Of a stretch of DNA of 64,000 bases, positions 30,561 to 41,122 are shown in pieces (the stretch's first letter is position 1; every line of letters starts with the position of its first letter). The translations under genes and the position numbers were made by a program. The notes beneath the pieces were generated by a model. The model was not told the DNA's origin. It was given only the letters and a program-made list of their open reading frames with translations, and did no database searches. This stretch comes from Candidatus Solincola quzhuomuensis (GTDB lineage Bacteria > Actinomycetota > Geothermincolia > Geothermincolales > RBG-13-55-18): contig JACVJF010000001.1 of the NCBI GenBank assembly GCA_015711855.1, positions 6,164 through 70,163 on the forward strand, given 5' to 3'.

Positions 30561-31475
30561 GTGGACTGGAAGGTCAAGGGGTGCTTGATCCCCCTGGTAA
30601 CACCCTTCGACGATAGGGGCCGCGTGGACGAGAAGGCCCTGCGCCGCCTAGTCAACTACTGCATCGAGGATCAGGCTGCCGCTGCCCTCATCCCGTGCGG
30701 GACCACGGGCGAATCCCCCACTTTGAGCCACCAAGAGCACATCAGGGTGATCGAAGTGGTCCAGGAGGAGACGGCAGGCAGGGTGCCGGTAATCGCCGGG
30801 ACGGGCAGCAACTGCACGGAAGAGGCTATAAAGATGACCTCAGCCGCCGAGAAGTTGGGGGTCGACGGCAGTCTGCAGGTCAGCCCCTATTACAACCGCC
30901 CCAGTCAGGAAGGGATATACCGACACTTCAAGGCCATCGCCGAGAACACCTCTCTTCCCATCATCCTCTACAACATACCCTTCCGGACCGGCCGCAACGT
31001 GGAGGTGGAAACCGTCCTGCGGCTGGCGGAGATAGATAACATCGTGGGCATCAAGGAGGCCTCCGGAGACATCCTCCAGGCGAGTTCTATAATCGAGGAG
31101 ACGCGCCGGGCGGGAATCGATTTTCACGTCTATTCCGGAGAGGACGCGGTCACCTTCATGATCCTCTGCCTTGGAGGAGCTGGGTGCATCGCCGCCGTGG
31201 GCCACATCCTGGGCAAGGAATTCGGCCGCATGTGCCAGCTGGTATGGGAGGGGAAATTGGAGGAAGCCCGCGACCTACACTATCAGGTTCTTCCCCTGGT
31301 GCGGGCGCTGTTCTGCGAGCCCAATCCCACGGCCATCAAGCAGGCCCTGAACTGGATGGGGGTGAAAGTGGGAGGGGTTAGACTGCCCCTGGTGGGCATG
31401 ACCGAAAAGGGGAAGGAAACCCTTCGTCGGGCCATGGTGGAACTGGGAAAAGCAACCCCCGAAGCCTGCGTTTAA
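30561..31475 (+). CDS. dapA: 4-hydroxy-tetrahydrodipicolinate synthase
   Basis: 'LIPCGTTGESPTLS', 'GSNCTEEAI', 'YNIPFRTG', Lys in 'IVGIKEASGD'; GTG start. Confidence 0.85.
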   Translation: MDWKVKGCLIPLVTPFDDRGRVDEKALRRLVNYCIEDQAAAALIPCGTTGESPTLSHQEHIRVIEVVQEETAGRVPVIAGTGSNCTEEAIKMTSAAEKLGVDGSLQVSPYYNRPSQEGIYRHFKAIAENTSLPIILYNIPFRTGRNVEVETVLRLAEIDNIVGIKEASGDILQASSIIEETRRAGIDFHVYSGEDAVTFMILCLGGAGCIAAVGHILGKEFGRMCQLVWEGKLEEARDLHYQVLPLVRALFCEPNPTAIKQALNWMGVKVGGVRLPLVGMTEKGKETLRRAMVELGKATPEACV

Positions 31476-31595
31476 GGACGGCTCCCTGAGGCCCTCATCG
31501 CGCTTGTTCCGCTCGCCGGTAATCCGGTTGCTTACCCCTTTTCCTTCTTCCATACTGGAGAATGCGGGAGAACGCGCGAAAAGGAGGTGAACCTA

Positions 31596-31865
31596 ATGTG
31601 CCGGGAAGGGATCGATCTGGTCACCCTGAAAGTGGCCTTAAAGCACTGTGCGGAACGCCTCCGACAGGAAGCGGACCACCTAAGACAATGGTCCGCGCTC
31701 GCCTCCAACGCCAATTTGGCGGAGGTCTCCGGGCGTATCGCTCAGGCCTTGGACCAGGTCAACAACAGCGAGGAGGCAGTCTCCTGGTGCGTGCATCAAC
31801 TGGCCGCCCTCCAGGTAGGGGGGACTACCGGCGGAACGGGAGGAGTGACCATAACCCCGATATAG
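31596..31865 (+). CDS. hypothetical protein (89 aa)
   Basis: SD 'AAAGGAGGTGA' upstream of ATG; no family recognised. Confidence 0.4.
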   Translation: MCREGIDLVTLKVALKHCAERLRQEADHLRQWSALASNANLAEVSGRIAQALDQVNNSEEAVSWCVHQLAALQVGGTTGGTGGVTITPI

Positions 31866-31876
31866 GAATCCGGATC

Positions 31877-32155
31877 CTATCCTCCGGCCAGGGGCGGGAA
31901 GATGGAGACTTCGTCTTCCTCCTCAAGCTTGGTGCGCTTGCCCTTGAGGTATCCCGCGTTCTGCCCGTTGACCAGGATTATGCAGTTGCGAAGATAGCGT
32001 GAGACCTTGTCCCCGTACCTCTTCTCGACTTCCTCGAGCACCTCGGCCACGTTGCGGGCGTCGCTCCGAAAATCCTTCTCCCCGGCCGCCTTTCTCAAGG
32101 TGGCGAAGAGCTTGACCGTGGGCACGTCCTTCCTCCCTAAAAGCTTGAGGCTCAT
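31877..32155 (-). CDS. MoaD/ThiS-family sulfur-carrier-like protein (C-terminal GG)
   Basis: ubiquitin-like size, ends '...LAGG', immediately downstream of AOR as in characterised AOR loci. Confidence 0.7.
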   Translation of the reverse strand: MSLKLLGRKDVPTVKLFATLRKAAGEKDFRSDARNVAEVLEEVEKRYGDKVSRYLRNCIILVNGQNAGYLKGKRTKLEEEDEVSIFPPLAGG

Positions 32156-32160
32156 CCCCT

Positions 32161-34227
32161 TCAACCGTGCAGGACTTCGGCGACGTCCTGCAGGCCCAGC
32201 TCCTCCAAGCGCCGCCGGCTGGGGCGGCCCTTCTCGTCGATGTCCCGGAGACGATAATACTCCTCGAGCATCTCGTCGAAGGCCACCGTCCTGCGCTGCC
32301 GCTCCGCCGGATCGCCTTGTTGTAGCTTCTTCCTGCTCAAGGAAAACATGGGCAGCTTGTTGAGGGAGGTCAGTATCTTATCCATGTTGGGGAAAAGGTA
32401 TTTCTTCATGAGATTTACCGTGGTGTCCTTGACCTTTTCCACTCTCATCTTACCCATGGGGACCATGGACATGAACTGGGGATACAGGGCCAGGTGCAGG
32501 CTGGAGGTCACCCCCTCGGGATGCGGTTCCAGGATACGGCGCGGCAGGCGGTCGTCCTCGCGAGTGGCCCCGCAGAGATTGCCGATGGCCCGTTTAAGGT
32601 ACCAGATGCGGTCTCCCACCTTGGCCAGCTCTTCCACCGTATAACCGAATCCGGTGAGGGTGCGAAGCGCCTCCGCCATGTCCGCGAGCGACCCGCCGGA
32701 TGCGTTCCAGGCATACTGGCAGATCACCGCGGAGTTGGCGATGACCCCCTTCTTTTGGGAGGCGATGGTCTGCGCCGCCTTTCCCTTGGCCCGGTAGGGC
32801 CAGGAGCGCTTCACGCCCAGTTCGTTGTGGTTGAGCAAGCCGAGGTCCACGTAGAGATTGGAATCCGCACAGTGGCAGGCCCCCCGGATGGAAGTGGCAT
32901 AGGTGAGGGCCATGCCCCACAGGGCGCGCGGGTCGTGCATGGGGCACTCCAGGCCCTTGACGTGGATGGCGAACTCCTGGCCGCCGTATTTCTCCGCCAT
33001 GGACCGCACTCCCTCGGCCATGTCGTCGCCGATCCCCTCGCGGAAGGCTATCCTGCGGATGAGCTCGAGCAGGACATCCGGCCGATTCCAGCCCAACCTC
33101 AAACCCCCGGTGTCCTCTTCCTTTATGAGGCCCTCCTCGAAGGCCTCCGTGGCGTAGGCGATGACTCCGCCGCAGGATATAACGTCCATCCCGTAGCGGT
33201 TGCAGAGCTCGTTAGCCTTGTGGTTGGCCTCCAGACTGTCCATCCTCTGCAGGGTCCCCAGCGCGGCGGCCGCTTCGTACTCCGAACCCGGACCTTCCTC
33301 CATGCGGTAGGGGCCTTCCTTTATCTCCACGATGCGCTTGCAGGCGATGGGGCAGGCGAAGCAGGAATGGGTGCGGGTGAGTATCTTCTCGGCCACCGTG
33401 GTCCCCCCCAGCTTCTCCGGGCCCTCGGCCCAGTAGGCCTCCCTCCAGTTCTTGACCGGGGTGTCCCCGATGGCCATCCCGTATTCCATGTGGACGTTGG
33501 ACCCGAAGGCGTGCAGCCCCTCGGCCACCATGCTGAACTTGAGGGTTTCCGACATCTTCTCTCGCGCCGCCTTGAAGCCGGCCTCGTCGGCCACGGGATA
33601 TTTCTTGTTCCCCCTGGCGACCACCGCCTTGAGGCGCTTATATCCCATCACCGCCCCCATGCCGCATCTCCCCGCGGTCGACCCCCGGTCGTTCATCACG
33701 TTGGCGTACTTCACCAGGTTCTCACCGGCCGGCCCGATACATATAACCTGGGCGCGCTTATCGCCCACCTCCTCCTTGAGGAGCTCCTCCGTCTCGTAAG
33801 TGTCCTTGCCCCACAGGTGGGAAGCGTCGCGTATCTCCGCCCCCTCGTCGGTCACGTAGAGATAGACCGGCTTTTCCGAAGCCCCCAGGACGATTATCCC
33901 GTCGTAGCCCGTCCGCTTTAGCTGGGGGGAGAAGTGTCCTCCCATGGAGGCTTCCCCCCATATGCCGGTAAGAGGGGAGCGGGCGCATATCTCCAAGCGG
34001 GAAACGCCCGGATAGCTGGTCCCCGAGAGAGGGCCGTTCATGATCATCAGAGGATTCTCCGGGGAGAGGGGATCCGCCTCCCATCCCCGGTGGTCGAAGA
34101 ACCACTTGGCGGCTAGCCCGCTGCCGCCCAGGAAATCCCGGTAGTGTTGCTCGGGAAGCTCCTCTGTTTCGATCTTCCCGGTGGTGAGGTCGACCTTCAA
34201 GACCTTGCCCCAGTTACCGCCCTTCAT
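32161..34227 (-). CDS. aldehyde:ferredoxin oxidoreductase, tungsten-containing (AOR family)
   Basis: 'MKGGNWGKVLKVDLTTGKIETEELPE...FLGGSGLAAKWFF' N-terminus and full-length AOR similarity; SD 'AAAGGAGGGG'. Confidence 0.85.
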   Translation of the reverse strand: MKGGNWGKVLKVDLTTGKIETEELPEQHYRDFLGGSGLAAKWFFDHRGWEADPLSPENPLMIMNGPLSGTSYPGVSRLEICARSPLTGIWGEASMGGHFSPQLKRTGYDGIIVLGASEKPVYLYVTDEGAEIRDASHLWGKDTYETEELLKEEVGDKRAQVICIGPAGENLVKYANVMNDRGSTAGRCGMGAVMGYKRLKAVVARGNKKYPVADEAGFKAAREKMSETLKFSMVAEGLHAFGSNVHMEYGMAIGDTPVKNWREAYWAEGPEKLGGTTVAEKILTRTHSCFACPIACKRIVEIKEGPYRMEEGPGSEYEAAAALGTLQRMDSLEANHKANELCNRYGMDVISCGGVIAYATEAFEEGLIKEEDTGGLRLGWNRPDVLLELIRRIAFREGIGDDMAEGVRSMAEKYGGQEFAIHVKGLECPMHDPRALWGMALTYATSIRGACHCADSNLYVDLGLLNHNELGVKRSWPYRAKGKAAQTIASQKKGVIANSAVICQYAWNASGGSLADMAEALRTLTGFGYTVEELAKVGDRIWYLKRAIGNLCGATREDDRLPRRILEPHPEGVTSSLHLALYPQFMSMVPMGKMRVEKVKDTTVNLMKKYLFPNMDKILTSLNKLPMFSLSRKKLQQGDPAERQRRTVAFDEMLEEYYRLRDIDEKGRPSRRRLEELGLQDVAEVLHG

Positions 34228-34534
34228 GAGCCATACCCCTCCTTTTTCCTGTCGGAAAGTTGGCATAAAATGCCATAACTTCCCGGCTGCCGGAACACCA
34301 CCTGACGTCAACAGGGGACGGCGGTAAGGCCTGTCGTCCGCCGAATTTTCCATGTCAGCCCCATAAAGCGACCAAGGACATTATAACAAATGCAAAGATC
34401 GCTCAGGGTTCGGGTTGGCGAGGGGCCGTGGAACTCGCCCACGCACGATAAATCGCCGCAAGCGGAAAATGGTGGCGGGAGAGGTTGCCTATGTCCGCCG
34501 ACGGAAGCCCGGGCGGGCATGCCCGGGAAAAAGG

Positions 34535-34627
<93 letters not shown>

Positions 34628-35783
34628 GCTGCACTCCTATTATATTTACATCTCGCGCCAACATCTAACGCCGGGCGAGGAGTGAGCACTTTTCTTGCTC
34701 GGAGCGCTTGCCTGACCCCCAGGGAACTGCTCGCCTCTCTCGAGGGTCTCGTTGGCTTTGTAGGTCCTTTCCATCACCGAAATCGACTCCAAATCCCATC
34801 GGACCGGATCCGCATTCGGGACCCACACCTAAGGTCACCAACATTGCGAAGTTCTTTCGCCTCACGCCTTAATAAATTCCTGTCACCCCTTCCCGCCACC
34901 CATCCCGGTCTCCACCGCATACACCCTTGTCACCGGAGGAAAGGTCTATAGTCGCCGCGGGCGTCCTTTCTCGCTCACTGATGGCGTGGTGGAACGATCT
35001 TTGATCGAGTCGACATGTACACCTGCTCATAGGCGTCGGTATGGCCAACGCCCAAATGCTTGATCGTTTTTATCCCCCCAAATGGAATAACGGCTTTCGT
35101 ACCATCCAAACCTCGTAAAGGACGAAAAAGTGAAAGGGGCGGAGACGAAAACTAAAGCGATATTCCCATTGCTCGCGGTCTTTTAATCTTCGCCTTGCTG
35201 ATATGGGGATGCGGAAGCGCCGGAGAACAGAGTGGCGGGGAACAGACCGGCTCTTTCCCGAAGGGAGAGAAGGCAAAGGCCGCTTTGGCTTACCTGGCCT
35301 ACTGGGCCGAGATAAAGAATATGGAGATTGCGGGGGAAATGTTGAACTCCATCACCGGATCCTAGTCGATTCCCCCAACCAGCCAAGGACAAAGGGCAAA
35401 ACACTCCCGAAAGAACGCTCCCTCGGCGACATGGATCTGAGGCCTTTTCGTTACAAGGATTCCGAGGCGGGCTTTTGGACGGCGGGGTCTGGCCGGCGGT
35501 TCGGAACTCCAGCGGAGGGGGATGCCGAGCCCTTTTTTTGACGCTTCTTTGGGCTTTTTCCTCTTGGATATTGGCCCGCGAGGAGAAGGCGCATCCCTTC
35601 TTCGTGCGCTCAAGGCCGCCTGAAACCAGCGAGGATGAAGGTTGACCGCTATTTAGCCGTGCCGCGCGGGATCCTCCCCTAAGGATAGCGAAGTTTCAAG
35701 AAGTCCTTCCTGACTCCTAATAGAAGGCGCATTCCTATAAAAGGATCCAAAACGGCCGGGCCGGGAGCGACGACGGGACGGGT

Positions 35784-36251
35784 TCAGGGGCGGGCACGCC
35801 GTTCCTCGAAAAACCCCTTCAGAAGGGAAAGGCATTCCTCCTCCAGGATGCCCTCGACGACCTCCAGGCGGTGGTGGATGGTCTCGTCGCTCACCAGGTT
35901 ATAGCGACTCCCGGCCGCTCCTAGCTTCGTGTCCCGAGCCCCGAACACCAGACGCGCCACGCGAGCCTGGACCAGGGCTCCGGCGCACATGGGACAAGGC
36001 TCCAGGGTCACGTACATGGTCGTTTTCTCCAGACGCCACCCTCCCAGTCTCCGTGCCCCTTCCTCCAATGCCAACATCTCCGCATGGTCCAAGGGGTTGC
36101 CGGTGGCCTCGCGCCGGTTGTGGGCCCTCGCCAGCACCTCGCCGTCCTTCACCAGCACCGCCCCCACGGGCACCTCGCCCTCCTCGGCGGCTAGGCGCGC
36201 CTCCTCAAGCGCCATCCGCATGAAATCCCTGTCGTTCACGTCGTCTCGCAC
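35784..36251 (-). CDS. tadA: tRNA-specific adenosine deaminase
   Basis: 'HAEMLALE' and 'PCPMCAGAL' CDA zinc motifs. Confidence 0.85.
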   Translation of the reverse strand: MRDDVNDRDFMRMALEEARLAAEEGEVPVGAVLVKDGEVLARAHNRREATGNPLDHAEMLALEEGARRLGGWRLEKTTMYVTLEPCPMCAGALVQARVARLVFGARDTKLGAAGSRYNLVSDETIHHRLEVVEGILEEECLSLLKGFFEERRARP

Positions 36252-36498
36252 TCTCCTTGGTCCTCCGGGAGGACGTATCCACGGACAAAGCCCTGCTTTA
36301 GAAGATCACCCGGCCGGGTAACGACCGACGGTCGTTACCCGGCAATCCCTTCCCGGTGTTTCCCTCGCGGGCATGATCCGTTCATATTCCGGAACTCGAC
36401 ACGCCGCCGTTTCCCTCCTGCGGCTTATACGGTCGAGCCTCAGCGACTCCCGTGCTCCTCCGACCATGCGTGAAGGTTTTCAATACTCAGTTCCGCAA

Positions 36499-38337
36499 TC
36501 AGAGCCGACCCCTTTCATCGTAATAGTCGTCGAGAAGTCGCCCCACGTCTTCCCGGGTGAGCAGGTTGCCGAAGTAGTCGTGAAGGCGTCCGCCCCGGCC
36601 CCAGAGCGGCTTTTCGTCGAACCAGGCCTCTGGGGGACGGTCCTCCTCCGGCCCCAATCCCTCGCGAACGTTGAGCTCCCGGTAGAGTTCCCAGGAGGCG
36701 GCGGCTTTCCCCATCATCTCCTCCACGGTGAGTTCCAAACCGGTGACCGCGGCCAGTAGGTCCCTTACGAGGAGGGCATGGTAGAATCGGTTTATCTGGA
36801 AACGGTTGCAGAGGCCTAGGGAGCTGAAGAGGCTGAACCAGTCCTCGGAGTAACGGGTGAGCCTTCCCACGTTCATTCCCCATGGGGGCGAGAAGATGCG
36901 CTCCAAAGCATCTTCCGCGACACCCATGCGCTCGGTGAGTCGACGCAACCTCTCCTCCGTCAACCCGGGCAAGTAGGTGGCCGAGCCGGCGCTGGCCGAG
37001 GTCGGGCCACGAGGAGAGACGATCTGTTCGAACTCCATGGTTCCCAGTCCGCTCACCCGCGGGTCGTATAGGCAGTCCTGGTTCCGCACCAGCATGGTGA
37101 ACCGTCTGGTGTCCTCCCCGAAATAGGCCAGGGCTCCCCTCCAGCCCGCGGCCAGAGCCCTGCTCAAATCCCCTCTGCCCTCGGTAACGCATACCGCCAG
37201 TCCTCGCAGGAGTTCCGCTCCTCTCACCAGAGGCACGCCTTCCACCCGGTCATCCCTCAAGATGCCGTGCTCCCTGAGCTCCAGGAGGTAGGCCGCCTGC
37301 CAGCTCAGGGTCATGAAGTCCAAACCCAGGTCGTCCAGAAGGGCCAGGGTGGAGGCCGCCTCCTCGGCATCCTTCATCCCCAGGGCGCAGCCGATGATGG
37401 CCGCGTTGAGGAAGGAGGTGGAATACACGGTCTTCCCGGATCCGGGAAGCAGCAGTTCGTCCTTGTCGGCAAGGAAACAGGAGGGACAGGATATACGCCT
37501 TTTCTTCAGCTTCAGGTAGGCTTGAGGGCCGAACCGTTGGGTTGCCTCCTCGAGGTCCTTCTCCGTAGCCCCATAGGGTAGGAGCTGCGCGGCGTACATG
37601 GGCCAGGCCCCGATCATGCCCAGTTCGGCGGCGGCCTCCCTGAGCTCGTATCTTTCCAATCTCCTGTAGAGCTCCCTGACCAGGGCATACAGCCTTTCAG
37701 GATCGGCGATCCGCACTGCGCCGCTCCCCTTCACCAGGATAGCTTTCAGGTTTTTAGACCCCAAGACGGCGCCAAGTCCGCCCCTCCCCAGGGTAGCGCA
37801 AGCGTCGACCATGGCCAGGGAGGAATGGACCAAGTTCTCCCCCGCGGGCCCAATGGCCAGGACGGAGAACCCCGGGTAGCCTTCCCACAGCACCCGGGTT
37901 GTCTCCAGGATGCCTTTCCCCCATAGGCCGCTCGCTGGGATGAACTCCACCCTGTCGTCCTCCACGGCCAGAACCGTCGGCTCGGGCGACTTGCCCAAGA
38001 TGACCAGGTGGTCCCATCCCGCCCACTTGAGATTGGCTCCCACCCCCATGCTCCCAGAGGCGGAGGCGACGGCCCCGGTCAGGGGAAAACGCGCGTTGGC
38101 CATGACCCGGGAGGCGCCTGGAATCGGTGTACCCACGAAAGGTCCCGCTCCCAGTATCACCGGGTTCCCGGGGGAAAGGGGATCCGTCCCGGGTTGGGAG
38201 TGATCGAGGAACAGGCGGTTGTTGAGCCCGAAGCCGCCCAGGTACCCCTCAGCGTAATCAGTGGGTAGGTTGGAGACTTCTATCTCCTTTCTTTCCAGGT
38301 CCACCACCAATATCCGTCCCGTGTATCCTTCGCGCAT
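36499..38337 (-). CDS. aldehyde:ferredoxin oxidoreductase family protein (second, divergent paralogue)
   Basis: 'GRILVVDLERKEIEVSNLPTDYAEGYLGGFGLNNRLF' AOR N-domain and full-length pattern. Confidence 0.8.
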   Translation of the reverse strand: MREGYTGRILVVDLERKEIEVSNLPTDYAEGYLGGFGLNNRLFLDHSQPGTDPLSPGNPVILGAGPFVGTPIPGASRVMANARFPLTGAVASASGSMGVGANLKWAGWDHLVILGKSPEPTVLAVEDDRVEFIPASGLWGKGILETTRVLWEGYPGFSVLAIGPAGENLVHSSLAMVDACATLGRGGLGAVLGSKNLKAILVKGSGAVRIADPERLYALVRELYRRLERYELREAAAELGMIGAWPMYAAQLLPYGATEKDLEEATQRFGPQAYLKLKKRRISCPSCFLADKDELLLPGSGKTVYSTSFLNAAIIGCALGMKDAEEAASTLALLDDLGLDFMTLSWQAAYLLELREHGILRDDRVEGVPLVRGAELLRGLAVCVTEGRGDLSRALAAGWRGALAYFGEDTRRFTMLVRNQDCLYDPRVSGLGTMEFEQIVSPRGPTSASAGSATYLPGLTEERLRRLTERMGVAEDALERIFSPPWGMNVGRLTRYSEDWFSLFSSLGLCNRFQINRFYHALLVRDLLAAVTGLELTVEEMMGKAAASWELYRELNVREGLGPEEDRPPEAWFDEKPLWGRGGRLHDYFGNLLTREDVGRLLDDYYDERGRL

Positions 38338-38468
38338 ATTCCCTTCTCCCCTCGCCGCATCGCCAAGATCCGACCCCGAGAAAAACCAGCAACGCCCTCC
38401 GAAGCCCCTCATAACCGCACATCCCGGGGCCCTATATCGTCCTCACCACCTTAGCGAGGCGAGCCCGA

Positions 38469-38735
38469 TCATTTCTCCGACCCCTCGTCCTTCGTCAAGG
38501 CTCCGGCGGGACACAGGGCGGCGCATCGCGCGCATCGATCACATTCTTCCTTAAAAGCAGCGACGGCCCCCCAGCCTGGGAAAGTGAGGATTATCCGGCT
38601 AGCGGAAGGGCCGCATTCCCCTTCGTGGAGGAGCGAGCACACCATCTGGCATGTGCGGCATCCGGTGCACCTTTCGGGATGATGAATCAAAGCATTCCTC
38701 CCATGATATCTACGTCCGATGTCGACATTGTACAT
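38469..38735 (-). CDS. 4Fe-4S dicluster ferredoxin
   Basis: 'CTGCRTCQMVC' and 'CDRCARCAALCP' motifs; directly upstream of AOR paralogue. Confidence 0.8.
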   Translation of the reverse strand: MYNVDIGRRYHGRNALIHHPERCTGCRTCQMVCSLLHEGECGPSASRIILTFPGWGAVAAFKEECDRCARCAALCPAGALTKDEGSEK

Positions 38736-39654
38736 TCTTCGCCTACCTTGGTCATCTTAGGACGAGCAAGCTCAAGGAATGCGTTCGGTTTTGCCGAAAA
38801 CCTTCTATTTCAATCCATCGCCCAAAGGGGTGGTTGTCCATGGCCGGGTCGGGAAACAAAATGCGCCGTTCAACGCTCGCGGTTTCGCTATGGTTCTCAT
38901 CCTAATCCTGTCGATCGTCGCTTACTTTCTCTTGGACATCATTTTTTAACCAATCGCCGTATCTCCGACAACAAGAAGAAGGCCGTCCAGGAATCGACCC
39001 GCACCCTCGATGGCACAAGAAACATGTTAGTCTTAAGCGAGTTCAACCCCTCCTACCTCAAGGTCTTCAACCAGGAACTTGTCCGGCGGGTCTTGGGGAG
39101 GCGACCTGGACTGCCTTTACGACTTCGCGATACAGGTGGCTCTTCTCTTATATCCCGTGGAATACGCAAGCATCATAAAAGACGGGCGGGTAATGACCTA
39201 TGGCGCTCGTGCGGGATGGAACGTAGATCCCTCCCGAATGCCGACAACGCCGCCCGAGGAAGGATACCTGGTACTGAACAGGCTGGGGGGACGGGAAGGC
39301 TTTTTTATCTCCATTTACAACCCGGTAGACCTGAGTGTACTCGGGCTGTAGGCAAGGGGCATTGTGCGTGGTCAGCCCCATCGAAAGACTCAACCGCCAG
39401 GCCTAGATGATCGTGGAGGGCACCTTCGAGGGCGAGGCGGAAGTGGAAGAGGGCAGCGCTTTCGCCGCCCTGCAGGGGCTTCTCCGCAGCGGCCAGAGGG
39501 TGCTGCGCGGTCTCGACGAACGCTTCAAAGAAGAAAGGGGGTTTTACGACGGAAAAGAATAAAGTTTCCTGGGTCGATCAACGATATATTTTATGAATTA
39601 GCCGCCCGCAGGTGCGCTCGGTCCGCCGAGAGGAGAGAGTGGAAGGAGGAATAA

Positions 39655-39888
39655 TTGGCCAATAAGCTGGCTCAGGAAATAGAGAAGATTCTCTCCGAGG
39701 CGGTGGGCGAGTTCATCGCCAAGGCCACGGTAAAGAAGAACTGCGAGCTTATCGGCTGCACTCCGGAGACCCTTACCGCTGCTCACCTTCCCGAGCTGGC
39801 GGAGAAGATCGACAAATCGGTCTCCTTCTTCTCCGGAAAAGAGGTGGGGAGTTCCCTAGCGGAGAAGATAAGAGCTTTAAAGGTGTGA
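39655..39888 (+). CDS. hypothetical small protein (77 aa)
   Basis: TTG start with AGGAGG 8 nt upstream; coding-like. Confidence 0.4.
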   Translation: MANKLAQEIEKILSEAVGEFIAKATVKKNCELIGCTPETLTAAHLPELAEKIDKSVSFFSGKEVGSSLAEKIRALKV

Positions 39889-40211
39889 GCTTGAGGAGCA
39901 GGCCCGGGGGATTTGCCCCCGGGCCTCATACACGGCAACGGCCTCGCGGGAAGATAAATCATTATAACCGCAAGGGTTGGGAAGCATCTCCTTCAAGCCC
40001 GGGAAAACCAAGTACAAAGCTTCAGGCAACGGGGGAAATCCGTGAACGAACCTTATCTTCCTGGGTTTTCCCGCGCCCTATACCACCCTTTAAGGCGAAA
40101 GATCATCGACGTCGGATCCCGAAGAGGGAACGGGTCAAAGCTTTCCTCACCATTTGCGCTTCTCCCTGATGGGTGACCGGGTTGATGGCCGCTGTGGATG
40201 TTGGGTTTCCG

Positions 40212-40820
40212 CTAGACCGCCAAACCCAGGGATTCCATGACCTCTTCCAACCTCTCCCGTTTTCCCCTCCACCTGTCCTCCCGGTAGAGGGCCGGGCAAT
40301 CCCGGAGGCGATGTTTCTCCTGCAGCAGGAGCAGGGCGAAGGCCAGACAGCTCTGCTCCCCGCACTCCCGGCAGTTGGTCTGGGGGAGAAGTCCGTAGAT
40401 GTCCAGGGGTTTTATCTTTATCTTCCCCTCGTAGACCGGCTTTATCTCCTTTCGGTGTTCATGGACGTAGTTCAATCGCTCCGCCAGCCAGGCCAATACC
40501 TCTTCGGCGTCGGCCACGTCGTCGGCCTTGGCTATGGTCACTCTGCGGGGGTACACCGTGACCAGCCGCGGACCCTTGGTGAAGGTGAGAGCGGGACGGT
40601 CGGCGGCATAGGTTGCCATCCCTGGCTTCCCCTCCGTTTGCCCGTCCTCTTGTCCCACTGCGGCGCCACCCTGCCCCACATAGGTGGCGTTGGCCAGAAC
40701 GGCGTTCAGATAAGGCAAAAGATCGCTCACATCCACCGGGATACGGGCAATGAGCCTTATCTTGGTCTCGTCGGCGAAGCAGGGTTCCACCTGTTCTATC
40801 TCTATCCTCTCGATGAGCAT
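40212..40820 (-). CDS. uncharacterised Fe-S protein with C-terminal PF04060-like (CFeSP AcsC/CdhE N-terminal-type) 4-Cys domain
   Basis: 'LPQTNCRECGEQSCLAFALL...DCPAL'; N-domain 'LLPYLNAV'; paralogue of 50704..51228; SD 'GAAGGGAGGAG'. Confidence 0.6.
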   Translation of the reverse strand: MLIERIEIEQVEPCFADETKIRLIARIPVDVSDLLPYLNAVLANATYVGQGGAAVGQEDGQTEGKPGMATYAADRPALTFTKGPRLVTVYPRRVTIAKADDVADAEEVLAWLAERLNYVHEHRKEIKPVYEGKIKIKPLDIYGLLPQTNCRECGEQSCLAFALLLLQEKHRLRDCPALYREDRWRGKRERLEEVMESLGLAV

Positions 40821-41122
40821 TCTCCTCCCTTCAAAATCGCCCGAGCCGCTTTCGCCCCGGCCGATATGCCCCATCCCTGCGCTTTAGCCCCCTAAACTCG
40901 GCCATACTTGTCCGCGCGGGTTTGGCCATCGGCGCTTCCTCCGCAGGAGGACATCGGCCCACATGTCCGCAAGCCTGGTTTCTTTGCGCTAAAAGCCTCA
41001 CCGGGGACCGCATCGAGAAGCGCCCGTTTTAACTCCCAGCTCGCGGAGAGAAAGCCCAGGGCGCTCCACAATCCGGAATCGCCCGCGTCGTTAAAGCGGA
41101 CTCCTCATTCCCGCACAGATCC

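Noticed and set aside
32494-33921. 475-aa ORF on + strand
   Set aside because: Antisense to AOR1.
38625-39410. 261-aa ORF on + strand
   Set aside because: Overlaps the ferredoxin gene on the opposite strand at its 5' end. Downstream part is Arg/Gly low-complexity in an ORF-poor, lower-GC segment. Kept only as part of a gene-poor-region finding.
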